Source: Candidatus Poseidoniales archaeon
GTDB lineage: Archaea > Thermoplasmatota > Poseidoniia > Poseidoniales > Poseidoniaceae
Reading direction: 5' to 3'
DNA length: 64,000 nucleotides
Assembly (NCBI GenBank): GCA_038144595.1
Contig: JAYQOB010000005.1
Span: 13,689 to 77,688 of the forward strand
The notes beneath the pieces are model-generated. The model saw only the letters and a program-made list of their open reading frames with translations. It searched no databases and was not told the origin of the DNA. This document shows positions 10,881 through 20,048 of this stretch, one piece after another. Every line of letters begins with the position of its first letter. Position 1 is the stretch's first letter. A program made the translations under genes and the position numbers.

Positions 10881-12092
10881 ATGGAGGCCGTGATGAGCCC
10901 TGCGCCACTCGCAGGAGAACACCACGACTGGCCACATCGCCTGAACACATTGTTGGACCAGCGGTCATGGTCGCCTGCGCTCAGTCCCATCGCTGCGAAG
11001 CTCGCAACTAACCAAACCCTTAGTGTCGAGGACGGGCTTGTCCTCTATCGGCACCCAGACCTCAACGAAGTGGGCGCGATGGCCAACATCGTCCGCCAAG
11101 CGAGGTTCGACTCCAAGGCCTTCTTCAATTCCAACGTCCACATCAATCAAACCAACATTTGCGTTCTCGCTTGCCGATTCTGTGCCTTCCGGCGCGGCCC
11201 GAAGGCCAAGGACGCCTACGCCATGTCCGTCGATGATTATCTGGCGGATTTGGCCACGTACGCTCACGCCGTGGACGAAGTCCATTCGGTCGGTGGCCTC
11301 CATCCTGAATGGGGGGTTGAACACTACGAATCGCTCTTTCAACGCGTGGCTGCTGAACACCCCCATGTCGCCATCAAGGCGTTGACGGCTGTTGAAATCA
11401 AACACTTGGGCCAACGCTCTTCCATTTCAACCAAAGAAGTGCTCAAGCGCCTCAAGGGCGCCGGGTTAACGTCCCTTCCCGGCGGCGGAGCCGAAATCCT
11501 TGACGATGAGGTGCGTGCAGTGATTTGCAACGGCAAGGAAAGTTCAGAGGAATACCTCCAAATCCACCGCGAAGCCCATGAGGTGGGCCTACCGTCGAAC
11601 TGCACCATGTTGTTCGGTACCATTGAAACCCTTAAGCAGCGCTTGCAGCACATGATTTCGCTTCGTGAACTTAACGCAGAAACCCAAGGGTTCCAATGCT
11701 TCGTCCCGTACCCGTTCTTGCCCGATGATACCCGCTTGCCCGAGGCTCAACTTGCCAGTGGTTCTGAAGTGCTTCGAACCATTGCTGTATCTCGCTTGAT
11801 GCTCAACAACATCCCGCACATCAAAGCGTACCGGATGAACATTGGGGACCACGTTGCGGAATTGGCCTTGCAGTTTGGTGCTGACGACATTGACGGCACG
11901 GTCCAGAAAGAGTCCATCATGCACCTTGCAGGGTCAACGGCACCGTTGGACCACGACCGTGCCAAACTGGCTCGCTTGATTCATGATGCTGGATGTGAAC
12001 CGGTTCAACGCAACACCACCTACTCCGAATTCAAGGCTTACGTGCCACCGCCGGTACAACCACGCCGAAGCCTCCGGATGGCGTCCGATTGA
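10881..12092 (+). CDS. mqnE: Aminofutalosine synthase (CofH-like radical SAM)
   Basis: NICVLACRFCAF CxxxCxxC motif, SLPGGGAEI, IPHIKAY, FGADDIDGT; adjacent to mqnA/mqnD. MqnC is not fully excluded. Confidence 0.8.
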   Translation: MEAVMSPAPLAGEHHDWPHRLNTLLDQRSWSPALSPIAAKLATNQTLSVEDGLVLYRHPDLNEVGAMANIVRQARFDSKAFFNSNVHINQTNICVLACRFCAFRRGPKAKDAYAMSVDDYLADLATYAHAVDEVHSVGGLHPEWGVEHYESLFQRVAAEHPHVAIKALTAVEIKHLGQRSSISTKEVLKRLKGAGLTSLPGGGAEILDDEVRAVICNGKESSEEYLQIHREAHEVGLPSNCTMLFGTIETLKQRLQHMISLRELNAETQGFQCFVPYPFLPDDTRLPEAQLASGSEVLRTIAVSRLMLNNIPHIKAYRMNIGDHVAELALQFGADDIDGTVQKESIMHLAGSTAPLDHDRAKLARLIHDAGCEPVQRNTTYSEFKAYVPPPVQPRRSLRMASD

Positions 12093-12095
12093 GGA

Positions 12096-12914
12096 ATGGT
12101 CATGGCAGCAACATGGACCTCGACGCTCGGTCGTGTGGCGTTCATCAACTGCGATCCGCTCTATCATGCGTTACCGAATGAGTGGAACGTCTTGGCTGCC
12201 CCGCCATCATGGCTGACCGGCCATGTTCTCCGGCGAGATTGCATCTTGGCACCCATTCCAGCAGCAGATTATGCCAAACATCAGGACGAACTCGTCCTGC
12301 TTCCCGATATTGGCATAGGAAGCCAAGGTGAAGTTGGCAGCGTGCTGCTTTTCGGCGCCGTACCCATCGAAGCCATGAAAACCATTGCGCTGCCCACCGA
12401 TTCCGCGACATCGGTGGCGCTCCTCAAACACCTTTTGCTCAAGCGGGGCCACACCATGTCGTATGTTTCAACGGGCCCAGACTACGAGTCGATGATGGCC
12501 ATGGCCGACGGGGCGCTGCTCATCGGCGACCGAGCGCTCGAGGCGGCACGAGAATTCCCCGAGATGGTTCAACTTGACCTCGGCGAGGCGTGGATGGAAG
12601 ACGAGGGTTTGCCGATGATCTTTGGCGTGTTCGTCGCCCGAGCCGACACGCCGCCAGCGCTCGTTCGTCAGGCGCATGCTGTTCTTCTTGCTAACCTCGT
12701 TCAATTCGAAGACAACCCCAGCAAGCGGGAACATGTGATTGCGTGGTCCATGGAAAAATCAGGGTTGACGCATGATCGCCTCGACCGCTACTATGGTGAG
12801 GTGTTCAACCGTCTCAACCAGCACCATCTCGACGGTTTGTTCAGGTTTCTTTCCGAAGCATGTGGGATGGCTGAACCACCTCGGTTTGCGTGGTCCGCTC
12901 ATGGTGTTGTATGA
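12096..12914 (+). CDS. mqnA: Chorismate dehydratase (futalosine pathway)
   Basis: GRVAFINCDPL, GEVGSVLLF, SATSVALL, LLIGDRAL, DLGEAW...LPMIFGVF. Confidence 0.88.
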   Translation: MVMAATWTSTLGRVAFINCDPLYHALPNEWNVLAAPPSWLTGHVLRRDCILAPIPAADYAKHQDELVLLPDIGIGSQGEVGSVLLFGAVPIEAMKTIALPTDSATSVALLKHLLLKRGHTMSYVSTGPDYESMMAMADGALLIGDRALEAAREFPEMVQLDLGEAWMEDEGLPMIFGVFVARADTPPALVRQAHAVLLANLVQFEDNPSKREHVIAWSMEKSGLTHDRLDRYYGEVFNRLNQHHLDGLFRFLSEACGMAEPPRFAWSAHGVV

Positions 12915-12959
12915 AATTTCAAACGGATGGTTCTTGAAGGGCACACAGGTGGGAAAATC

Positions 12960-13838
12960 ATGGTTGAACTTCCATTGGACGAAGACGGCAACAAAATCGT
13001 GCGCATTGGCCACAGCCCGGACCCCGATGACGCCTTCATGTTTCATGCCATGACCACCAATGCGTTCCCGACGCCAGGCTACAACTTCGTGCACGAACTT
13101 CAGGACATTGAAACGCTGAATCACCGTGCGATGAACCAGGACCTCGAAGTTTCTGCCGTCTCCATTCACGCCTACCCCGACATTGCAGACCACTATGCGC
13201 TCATGAACTGCGGCGCTTCGATGGGCGAAGGCTACGGCCCCATGATCGTCTGCAAGGAAGGCATCTCAGAGGATGAAGCCCGAAGCAACGTCATCGCCGT
13301 TCCCGGTCTGAAAACCAGTGCCTACCTCGGGCTGAGACTTGCGTGGGGCGACTGTGAAGTCGCCGTGGTTCCGTTTGATGAAATCATACCTCGTATTCTT
13401 GATGGTACCTACCTCAGCGGCCTCATCATCCACGAAGGTCAACTCACCTACGTTGACCACGACCTGAATGTCCTCATCGACCTCGGCAAGTGGTGGAATG
13501 CTCGAACGAACAACTGGCCGATGCCACTGGGCGGAAACGTCGTCCGCCGAGACCTCGGGGAAGCGGTGATGCAGGACATCACCAAATACACCAAAATGAG
13601 CATCGAGTATGCGCTCGCTTCACCCGATGAAGCCCTCGAATTCGCCAAAGCATGGGGCCGTGGAATCGATGACGATACCAACCGTGAGTTCGTTGGCATG
13701 TACGTCAACGACCGAACCATCGATTACAAGGAGGAAGGTCGAGCATCCATCCGTCAGTTCATCTCCGAGGGACAATCTATTGGCCTCATTCGGAATGATT
13801 TCGATACCGACGCCATGCGTTTTATCGGAGAACCCTGA
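12960..13838 (+). CDS. mqnD: 1,4-dihydroxy-6-naphthoate synthase
   Basis: GHSPDPDDAFMF, DIETLN, GASMGEGYGP, IIHEGQLTY, PLGGN, MYVN. Confidence 0.92.
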   Translation: MVELPLDEDGNKIVRIGHSPDPDDAFMFHAMTTNAFPTPGYNFVHELQDIETLNHRAMNQDLEVSAVSIHAYPDIADHYALMNCGASMGEGYGPMIVCKEGISEDEARSNVIAVPGLKTSAYLGLRLAWGDCEVAVVPFDEIIPRILDGTYLSGLIIHEGQLTYVDHDLNVLIDLGKWWNARTNNWPMPLGGNVVRRDLGEAVMQDITKYTKMSIEYALASPDEALEFAKAWGRGIDDDTNREFVGMYVNDRTIDYKEEGRASIRQFISEGQSIGLIRNDFDTDAMRFIGEP

Positions 13839-13847
13839 GGGCTGTTC

Positions 13848-14336
13848 ATGAACGCCGAGGGTCGTATTCCGAAGGTCAGCCAGTACGGGTCTGTCGACCC
13901 TGCACCACCTTCGCAAACGACCGTGGTCGCTGAACTCACAGGACGTTTGTGCGACGAATCCCTGCCGATGTTTCAACGGATGAGGGCCGTCTTTTCCTTG
14001 AGGAACCAGCGGACCGATGCTGCTTGCCTTGCGTTGTGCCAAGGCTTCAGCAGTGAAAGCGCGCTCCTCCGTCATGAAATCGCCTATGTCCTCGGTCAGA
14101 TGCAAAACACCGTAGCGCTCCCTACCCTCATCGAGCGACTTGAGGATGCAAACGAACACGTCATGGTTCGTCATGAAGCCGCTGAGGCGATGGGTGCCAT
14201 TGGCGACAGGTCAGTGATTCCATCGCTTGAGAAATTCAGCCAAGACCCCCTCCCCGAGGTGGCTGAATCGTGCATTGTCGCCCTCGACCTCCTCGCATGG
14301 GTCGACGGCGCTGAATTCGACGAGACCGAATGCTGA
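13848..14336 (+). CDS. Half-size deoxyhypusine hydroxylase (DOHH)-like HEAT-repeat protein
   Basis: SVDPAPP, RMRAVFSLRN, SALLRHEIAYVLGQMQ, MVRHEAAEAMGAIG, EVAESCIVAL; corresponds to one DOHH domain with two HE motifs (H76/E77, H109/E110). Confidence 0.85.
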   Translation: MNAEGRIPKVSQYGSVDPAPPSQTTVVAELTGRLCDESLPMFQRMRAVFSLRNQRTDAACLALCQGFSSESALLRHEIAYVLGQMQNTVALPTLIERLEDANEHVMVRHEAAEAMGAIGDRSVIPSLEKFSQDPLPEVAESCIVALDLLAWVDGAEFDETEC

Positions 14337-14389
14337 GTTCCCTCAAGTTCAAAGACCAGACCGCCCACCCATCAACAGGAAGGACGACC

Positions 14390-14599
14390 ATGCCCCACGA
14401 TCACATCCAACTGGCCCAAGCTCCCAACGGCGAACTTGGACCTCGGTGCCATAATTGCGGCATGCGCTTGACGTTTGGAAACGCGATGGTGGTGGACAAG
14501 TTCTACATGTGCTGGGAGCACTATGTGGAAGCCACGGGGGCAGACACAGCCACGGAAATCTCGGGTGCCGATGAGCGCTTCTGGATGAAGCAAGAATGA
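14390..14599 (+). CDS. Small putative Zn-binding protein (69 aa)
   Basis: C-x2-C-x17-C-x2-H (CHNC...CWEH); purine-rich AGGAAGGA upstream of the ATG. Confidence 0.7.
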   Translation: MPHDHIQLAQAPNGELGPRCHNCGMRLTFGNAMVVDKFYMCWEHYVEATGADTATEISGADERFWMKQE

Positions 14600-14650
14600 A
14601 ACGGCGTTCTTCATGAACCCTCAACGCTTCGTGAGGGTTGAGGCGCATCC

Positions 14651-15850
14651 ATGGCAGCGGGCTGGGCGAGATTTGCGCATCGGTTTGGTCAGTATTACCA
14701 ACACGCACCGCTTTGGTCCCCACCTCGCATCAAAACCCGGGAATGGATGTTCATCCCCTTTGGTGGTGCACCGCCTCTCCGCCACAAATCGTTCTCATCG
14801 GTTTCGCAGGTGCAATCCTTCCTCTCACAGCGCGCCATGCATTCATGCTTCTATTCCACAGCGTATTGGCGCCGACCGTATGAGTTGAAGATGGCTGAGA
14901 AACTGTGGCAAGGCGCAGACTTGATTTTCGATTTGGATGGCGACCACCTGCCAGGTGTCACCGATCGTGATTTCCCCGGCATGTTGGCCGTGATTCAAGA
15001 CCAAGCATGGTCCCTTTGGAACGACTTTCTCGAGCCAGAATTCGGTTTCAAGGAGGACCACCTCCAAATCACCTTCTCCGGACACCGAGGATTTCACTTG
15101 CACTACAGGGACCCTGCGCTGTTCCACCTGGATTCGGAAGCCCGACGGGAACTGGTTTCGCACATCAGGGGCGAAGGTGTTGACGTTCAAGGAGGCCTGG
15201 CTCGCTATCATGACCAGCAGGCAAAGGGTTGGACGCAGCGCATTCGGGATGGGATGGACGCCATGATTGACACACTTCGTGAGATTCACCGTGGTGCAGA
15301 CGGCAGTGCTTCAGCGCTGCGACGGTTGGAATCGGAACTCCAAGCCATGCAAGATCGAGAAGGAACCACCTCGCAGCGTTCTGCTGCAGCCATCCGCCGC
15401 CTTGCAGAATTGATGGACCACGATCAACGAGTCGCTCGATTAAAGGACGGAAAGTTCGAAATTCTTGGGAACTACCAAGCGCTCTTTTTGAATCTCCTCA
15501 AGGCCGATGCTTCGGTTGTTCTGGGTTCTGCTGGGGAAACAGACGAAGTGGTCACCATTGACGTCCGACGACAAATACGATGGCCGACGTCGTTGCACGG
15601 CAAATCCGGAATGCGTGTCAGCGAATTCCCGCTCAGTCGACTGGACCCCGATGGACACAATCCGTACAACCCGCTCAACGAGGCTTTCGTTTTGGGTCTT
15701 GACCAAACCGCTGAGGTCGAATGGACCGTGGACGATGCTATCGCGCAGTTTGGTGATCGCCGATTGGAAAGTACCATCGGCGAGCGAATTCAAGTCCATG
15801 AATCGGGTGCTACCTTCCTTGTTCTCAAAGGATGGGCACAGTTGGTTTGA
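14651..15850 (+). CDS. priS: DNA primase catalytic (small) subunit
   Basis: REWMF, FYSTAYW, ADLIFDLDGD, FSGHRGFHLH, DEVVTIDVRRQIRWPTSLHGKSG. Confidence 0.93.
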   Translation: MAAGWARFAHRFGQYYQHAPLWSPPRIKTREWMFIPFGGAPPLRHKSFSSVSQVQSFLSQRAMHSCFYSTAYWRRPYELKMAEKLWQGADLIFDLDGDHLPGVTDRDFPGMLAVIQDQAWSLWNDFLEPEFGFKEDHLQITFSGHRGFHLHYRDPALFHLDSEARRELVSHIRGEGVDVQGGLARYHDQQAKGWTQRIRDGMDAMIDTLREIHRGADGSASALRRLESELQAMQDREGTTSQRSAAAIRRLAELMDHDQRVARLKDGKFEILGNYQALFLNLLKADASVVLGSAGETDEVVTIDVRRQIRWPTSLHGKSGMRVSEFPLSRLDPDGHNPYNPLNEAFVLGLDQTAEVEWTVDDAIAQFGDRRLESTIGERIQVHESGATFLVLKGWAQLV

Positions 15851-15946
15851 ATCGCAGTGCCGGCCCAAGAGAACCGTTCAATTTATTGGACGACGTGCGG
15901 TAAGGTTCAAGGGTGGTTTCCCATCCCTTGGGACGAGGTGAGTCCA

Positions 15947-16945
15947 GTGGGTCTGCGCAGAGGGAAGAAATCCAAGAAGTCGGATGCGTCCCTGCCCATG
16001 CCCGATTTGCCTCCACCCGCAGGTCTTCCTGCACCCCTTCCCCTGCCTGGTGCTGCTCCGCTTCCGCCGTTGCCTGGGGTCCCTTCACCCGGTGAGGCTA
16101 CCGTTCCCGCCCCGTTGCCTGTTCCTTTGCCCGCACCAGCGCCACAGCCTGCTACCCTCGCCACTCCAGTTCCTCTTCCTGCGCCCGTCAATGATCCTGA
16201 AACCACGCTGTCAGGCATTGCCAAAGACAGTGGATACAACGAATTGTGGGCCAAGCGTTCGGAAAAACCATTGCAACAGATTTACGGCCACATCGACCGA
16301 ATCAGCAACAAAGAAGCTGGTTCTCTCTTGGACCGATACGCTGACCGCTTCGGGCACTCCCTTGACCGTGAAATCATCGTCATGAGGAAGGCCGCCATGG
16401 AAGAAAAGGTGGCCGAAATTCGCGATGCACCCACCGTTGAACTCATCGATGATGAACCGGCCGAACCTGTCAGCGAGTTACAACAAGTCGAAGATGAACT
16501 TCGAGCATTGAAGCCGCTGTACCAAGAGGCCAAGGCATTGGGTGACAAAGAAACCCTCGCCGAACTCACCCCAACCCTCCAAGCGCTCATGGCTCGGAGA
16601 AAAGCGTTGAAGGGTGGAAGCGCCCCTTCCGCATCAACACAAGTCGCTGAGACAGCAGAGGACGATGATGGTCTGTTTGCCCAATTTGTCACAATCGTTG
16701 ACGCCTTGCTGGGTGACCACCTTCCCGAATCCATCGTCAATGACTTCATCGCCAGCGCAGATTTCGCCATCTATCAGGAAGTTGCACAATCGCCGAACAC
16801 GGCCGACGAAGACACACGCGCCGCATACTATCGGATGGTGGACGATCAACTTGGCAACATGTCTCCCGAATCCATTTCTGCATTTGTTGAGTCGGATGAC
16901 TTTGCAATCTACCAAACAATCGGCGAACGCTACAAGGATGAGTGA
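15947..16945 (+). CDS. Hypothetical protein with basic N-terminus, Pro-rich tract and helical/coiled C-terminal part
   Basis: Long ORF; GTG start after SD-like GAGGTGA; PLPxP repeats. Confidence 0.7.
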   Translation: MGLRRGKKSKKSDASLPMPDLPPPAGLPAPLPLPGAAPLPPLPGVPSPGEATVPAPLPVPLPAPAPQPATLATPVPLPAPVNDPETTLSGIAKDSGYNELWAKRSEKPLQQIYGHIDRISNKEAGSLLDRYADRFGHSLDREIIVMRKAAMEEKVAEIRDAPTVELIDDEPAEPVSELQQVEDELRALKPLYQEAKALGDKETLAELTPTLQALMARRKALKGGSAPSASTQVAETAEDDDGLFAQFVTIVDALLGDHLPESIVNDFIASADFAIYQEVAQSPNTADEDTRAAYYRMVDDQLGNMSPESISAFVESDDFAIYQTIGERYKDE

Positions 16946-16950
16946 ACAAG

Positions 16951-17788
16951 ATGGGACTATTGGACAAAGCAGCAGCCTCTGGAGGCGATGAACCCAAGCC
17001 GAAGGCAAAAGCCGTGCCAAAAGCCAAGGCAGTTGCAAAAGGCCGTGGCCAAACCAGCGAAAGCAGCAAAACCAGCGAAGGTCAAGAAGGAGCGCGCACC
17101 ACGTGCTCGCCCCATGGAACTCTCTGATGACTACGAGCTCGCTTCGAAAATGAATCGAAGAATTTCTTCGCTTGTCAATTTCTTCATCAACTTCGGTGTG
17201 TTGTTCGCTGCCCTGTTTATCGCTACATCGGACACGGGCATCGTGACGACCATCCTTTTCGCCGCCAGCGGAGGCATCATCATCATCAACGCCATTTTCA
17301 TCCCGATGAAATTCAGTCGAAACCTCGGCCAATTCGTTTCCCGCACCAAATTTGTCCGTGGCGACGGTTCCAATCCGCTGTTCTTGCACGGGATTCTCGT
17401 GAACACCTCTGGCCTTCTTGCACTCATCGGTTTGATTTTGGTTGGCACACAATTCCAAAATCTCTCAGAATCTGACAACACCGGCGCGATCATTTCATTT
17501 TCCCTCGGTACAATCTTCATGATTCTTTGGTTCGTTGACCGCTATCTCCGTAGCGGAAGTGCCATGGGTCAAGGGCTGTACGACTTAGCGTTCAGGGCTT
17601 ACCTGGTGAAGTACGTGCCCACCGAGGAAGAAAAGGCCTCGGGCATTTGGGCTCGGTTGGAGAACATGGGTAACTTTGGCGATCAGTTGGTCAAGCGCCA
17701 GGAAGAACGCAAGGCCAAGAAAGAATCGAAAAAGGCCGATGACGAGGGAGCAGACGCCGAATCTGATACAACATCTCAAGAAGACTGA
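16951..17788 (+). CDS. Membrane protein (RDD-like, ~4 TM) with Lys/Ala/Pro-rich N-terminus; frameshift at ~17037-17040
   Basis: MGLLDKAAA...KAKAVAK continues as AVAKPAKAAK in the next frame (extra A in AAAA); RRISSLVNF and QGLYDLAF resemble RDD motifs. Confidence 0.7.
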
Positions 17789-17810
17789 GCTCGGCATGTG
17801 AGTCGTGTAC

Positions 17811-18821
17811 ATGTTGAATTGGGCTCGCCAGCGAAACCATGTTTTGCCATTCACCGTTGGTGTTGTTGGTTTTCTCACAACATTGATTGCAATCCCTTGG
17901 TTTGGTTGGCTCACCGGCATCATAACCGGGTGCTTTGCTCTGTTCTTTGTTTACCTTGAACTGGTCACGCAGTGGTCATTTCGCGCTCCAACGACGCGGA
18001 AACCCGCGCTTGACGTGGGTGGTTGGGAGCGCCTCACCATCACCGCCAAAGGCTACGGCATCGCCACGTACATTCACAAAGGTAGCTCCGGCGCTCCATT
18101 GGCATGGATATGCCACGGGTGGACGGCAGGAGCGGTACGCATGGTTCACCGTGCCTCGACCTTCGTCGAGCGAGGCTGGCACGTGGTCATGGTCGATCTA
18201 CCAAGCCACGGCGCCTCGGATTCTCTCCCGAAGTGGAGCGCAGAACAGGCCACTTCACTCTTGATTGATTCAATGAATGCACTTCATGGAGAACGACCCG
18301 AGATGTTTACGAACAACGTGTGTTATTTCGGTCATAGCATTGGGGCGTTCATTGGTTTGCGGGTCAGCAAGCGCCGGGATGAACTCAATGAAGAAGCCCA
18401 CCCCTCGTTTTGGATTTTTGAATCGCCGATGACCGGATACACAGAAATCCATGATGAAACGTGCAATATCCTAAGGATTCCAAGAGCACTCAGGCCGTGG
18501 GTTTTGGCGAAAACGCTTCGTCATTTTAACGCCATCAACGGGCCAACCCGTCTCGTTTCGAGATTGTCCGATGCTGACGTTCCTGCATGGGGCCTACCAA
18601 AAGAACCCACATTGATGGTCCAGGCGAACCCTGACGAGCGATTGGGTCCCGTTCACCATCAGCGACTGATGGAGGCGATGGCATCGGGAGAACAACCAGG
18701 CCTCTTGGCGACTCACCTTCTCGATGACTTGCGCCACTCTGGGTCGCACGAATCACTGTCAAGAAAGGCCGTGGTGGATGACTGGATTGACCAGCGCTTC
18801 GGTCACTCTTCCTCTGTTTGA
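17811..18821 (+). CDS. Membrane-anchored alpha/beta hydrolase
   Basis: Two N-terminal TM helices, CHGW oxyanion region, DLPSHGAS, GHSIG nucleophile elbow, C-terminal His. Confidence 0.85.
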   Translation: MLNWARQRNHVLPFTVGVVGFLTTLIAIPWFGWLTGIITGCFALFFVYLELVTQWSFRAPTTRKPALDVGGWERLTITAKGYGIATYIHKGSSGAPLAWICHGWTAGAVRMVHRASTFVERGWHVVMVDLPSHGASDSLPKWSAEQATSLLIDSMNALHGERPEMFTNNVCYFGHSIGAFIGLRVSKRRDELNEEAHPSFWIFESPMTGYTEIHDETCNILRIPRALRPWVLAKTLRHFNAINGPTRLVSRLSDADVPAWGLPKEPTLMVQANPDERLGPVHHQRLMEAMASGEQPGLLATHLLDDLRHSGSHESLSRKAVVDDWIDQRFGHSSSV

Positions 18822-19891
18822 GCCGCTTGTTCACGTGCCAGTTCACGCATGTCCTCGACCTCATCCAATTCGTCGACGATTTCCTTTCCGAGGAGCGTTT
18901 CCATCACATCTTCCATCGTGAGAATGCCAGATGTTCCGCCGAATTCATCACGAACGAGCGCAAACTGTTGTTTGTTGGTCAAAAAGACATCCAAAGCCTG
19001 CTCGATGGTTGAATCTTGTTCAAGTTTCAGGATTGGCTTCATGATGTCTTTGAGTTGAAGACTCCATTCGTCCCTGCTCGCGGCCATGAGAATCTCCGAC
19101 CGAATGGCCAGGCCACGAACATTGTCGATGGTTTCGTCATACACGGGTATCCGGGAGAAGCGAAGAATGGTGTTGTCGTCCAGGATCTCTTTGATGGTCT
19201 GATGCATTTCAAATGCCGAAACAACTGTTCGAGGTGTCATTTCTTCGTGGACCATGACTTCTCGAAGGCTGAGGAGGTTGTGGATGATGGTCTCTTCTGC
19301 CTCTTCAAGCGCTCCTTCAATTTCACCCAAATCGGCCATGGCAGCCACGTCGTCCCGCGTTACCATGGCGTTCTTCGAGGAGGGCAAGATGGACTTGAGC
19401 ATTTGAATGGGTCCAATCAGGAAGAACAAAGCCTTGGTGAACCACGTTAGGAGGTAGGCCGTTGGGGTTGAGAGTCGTTTCCAATAGGCTGCACCCAAGG
19501 TTTTGGGGATGATTTCGGACAAGAAGAGAACCGCCAATGTCAAAATGGCTGAAGCTGCGGTTAAGACTTCGACACCCCATATCTGTTGCACCTGGGACCC
19601 GACGCCGGCTGCCCCCATCGTGTGGGCAATGGTGTTGAGCGTGAGGATGGCAGTGAGCGGGCGGACAGAGTCATCGTCCTTGAGATGCGCCCACATCTCA
19701 GCAGTTCGCTTTCCTTCGTTCTTCAGGATGTTGACGTAGGTTTGAGGCGTTGAGAGGACCACGGCCTCAAGGATCGAGCACAAGAAGGATACGCCAAGAG
19801 CGAGCGTGACATAGAAGATGAGGAGACCCATGTCTCCCTCGCCTGTGGCGGAGACAGCGACACCAGCGGCCGCAAAAAGTTCGTTTGTCAT
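18803..19891 (-). CDS. CNNM/CorB (DUF21 + CBS pair) Mg/Co transport-related protein
   Basis: SFLCSILEAVVLS, AILTLNTIAHTMGAAG, SEIIPKT, MTPR, FSRIPVY, DEFGGTSGILTMED. Confidence 0.92.
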   Translation of the reverse strand: MTNELFAAAGVAVSATGEGDMGLLIFYVTLALGVSFLCSILEAVVLSTPQTYVNILKNEGKRTAEMWAHLKDDDSVRPLTAILTLNTIAHTMGAAGVGSQVQQIWGVEVLTAASAILTLAVLFLSEIIPKTLGAAYWKRLSTPTAYLLTWFTKALFFLIGPIQMLKSILPSSKNAMVTRDDVAAMADLGEIEGALEEAEETIIHNLLSLREVMVHEEMTPRTVVSAFEMHQTIKEILDDNTILRFSRIPVYDETIDNVRGLAIRSEILMAASRDEWSLQLKDIMKPILKLEQDSTIEQALDVFLTNKQQFALVRDEFGGTSGILTMEDVMETLLGKEIVDELDEVEDMRELAREQAAQTEEE

Positions 19892-20048
19892 GTTGGTTCG
19901 AAGACCCCTACCCTTGCGGGTGTAGTCTACGGGACGAGAGGAGGGTTCTTCAAAATGACGCATCCCCTTCGGCTCGTTTGCACGATACGCTCAATGCATG
20001 GGTGAACCTCAAGAAGCAACGGCATCTGGCCAAGATGAGAGGGGGGTT

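Noticed and set aside
10881-12092. Radical SAM as CofH (F420 synthesis) or a RiPP maturase partnering PqqD
   Set aside because: It is flanked by mqnA/mqnD, has no SPASM domain, and lies ~49 kb from the PqqD-like gene.
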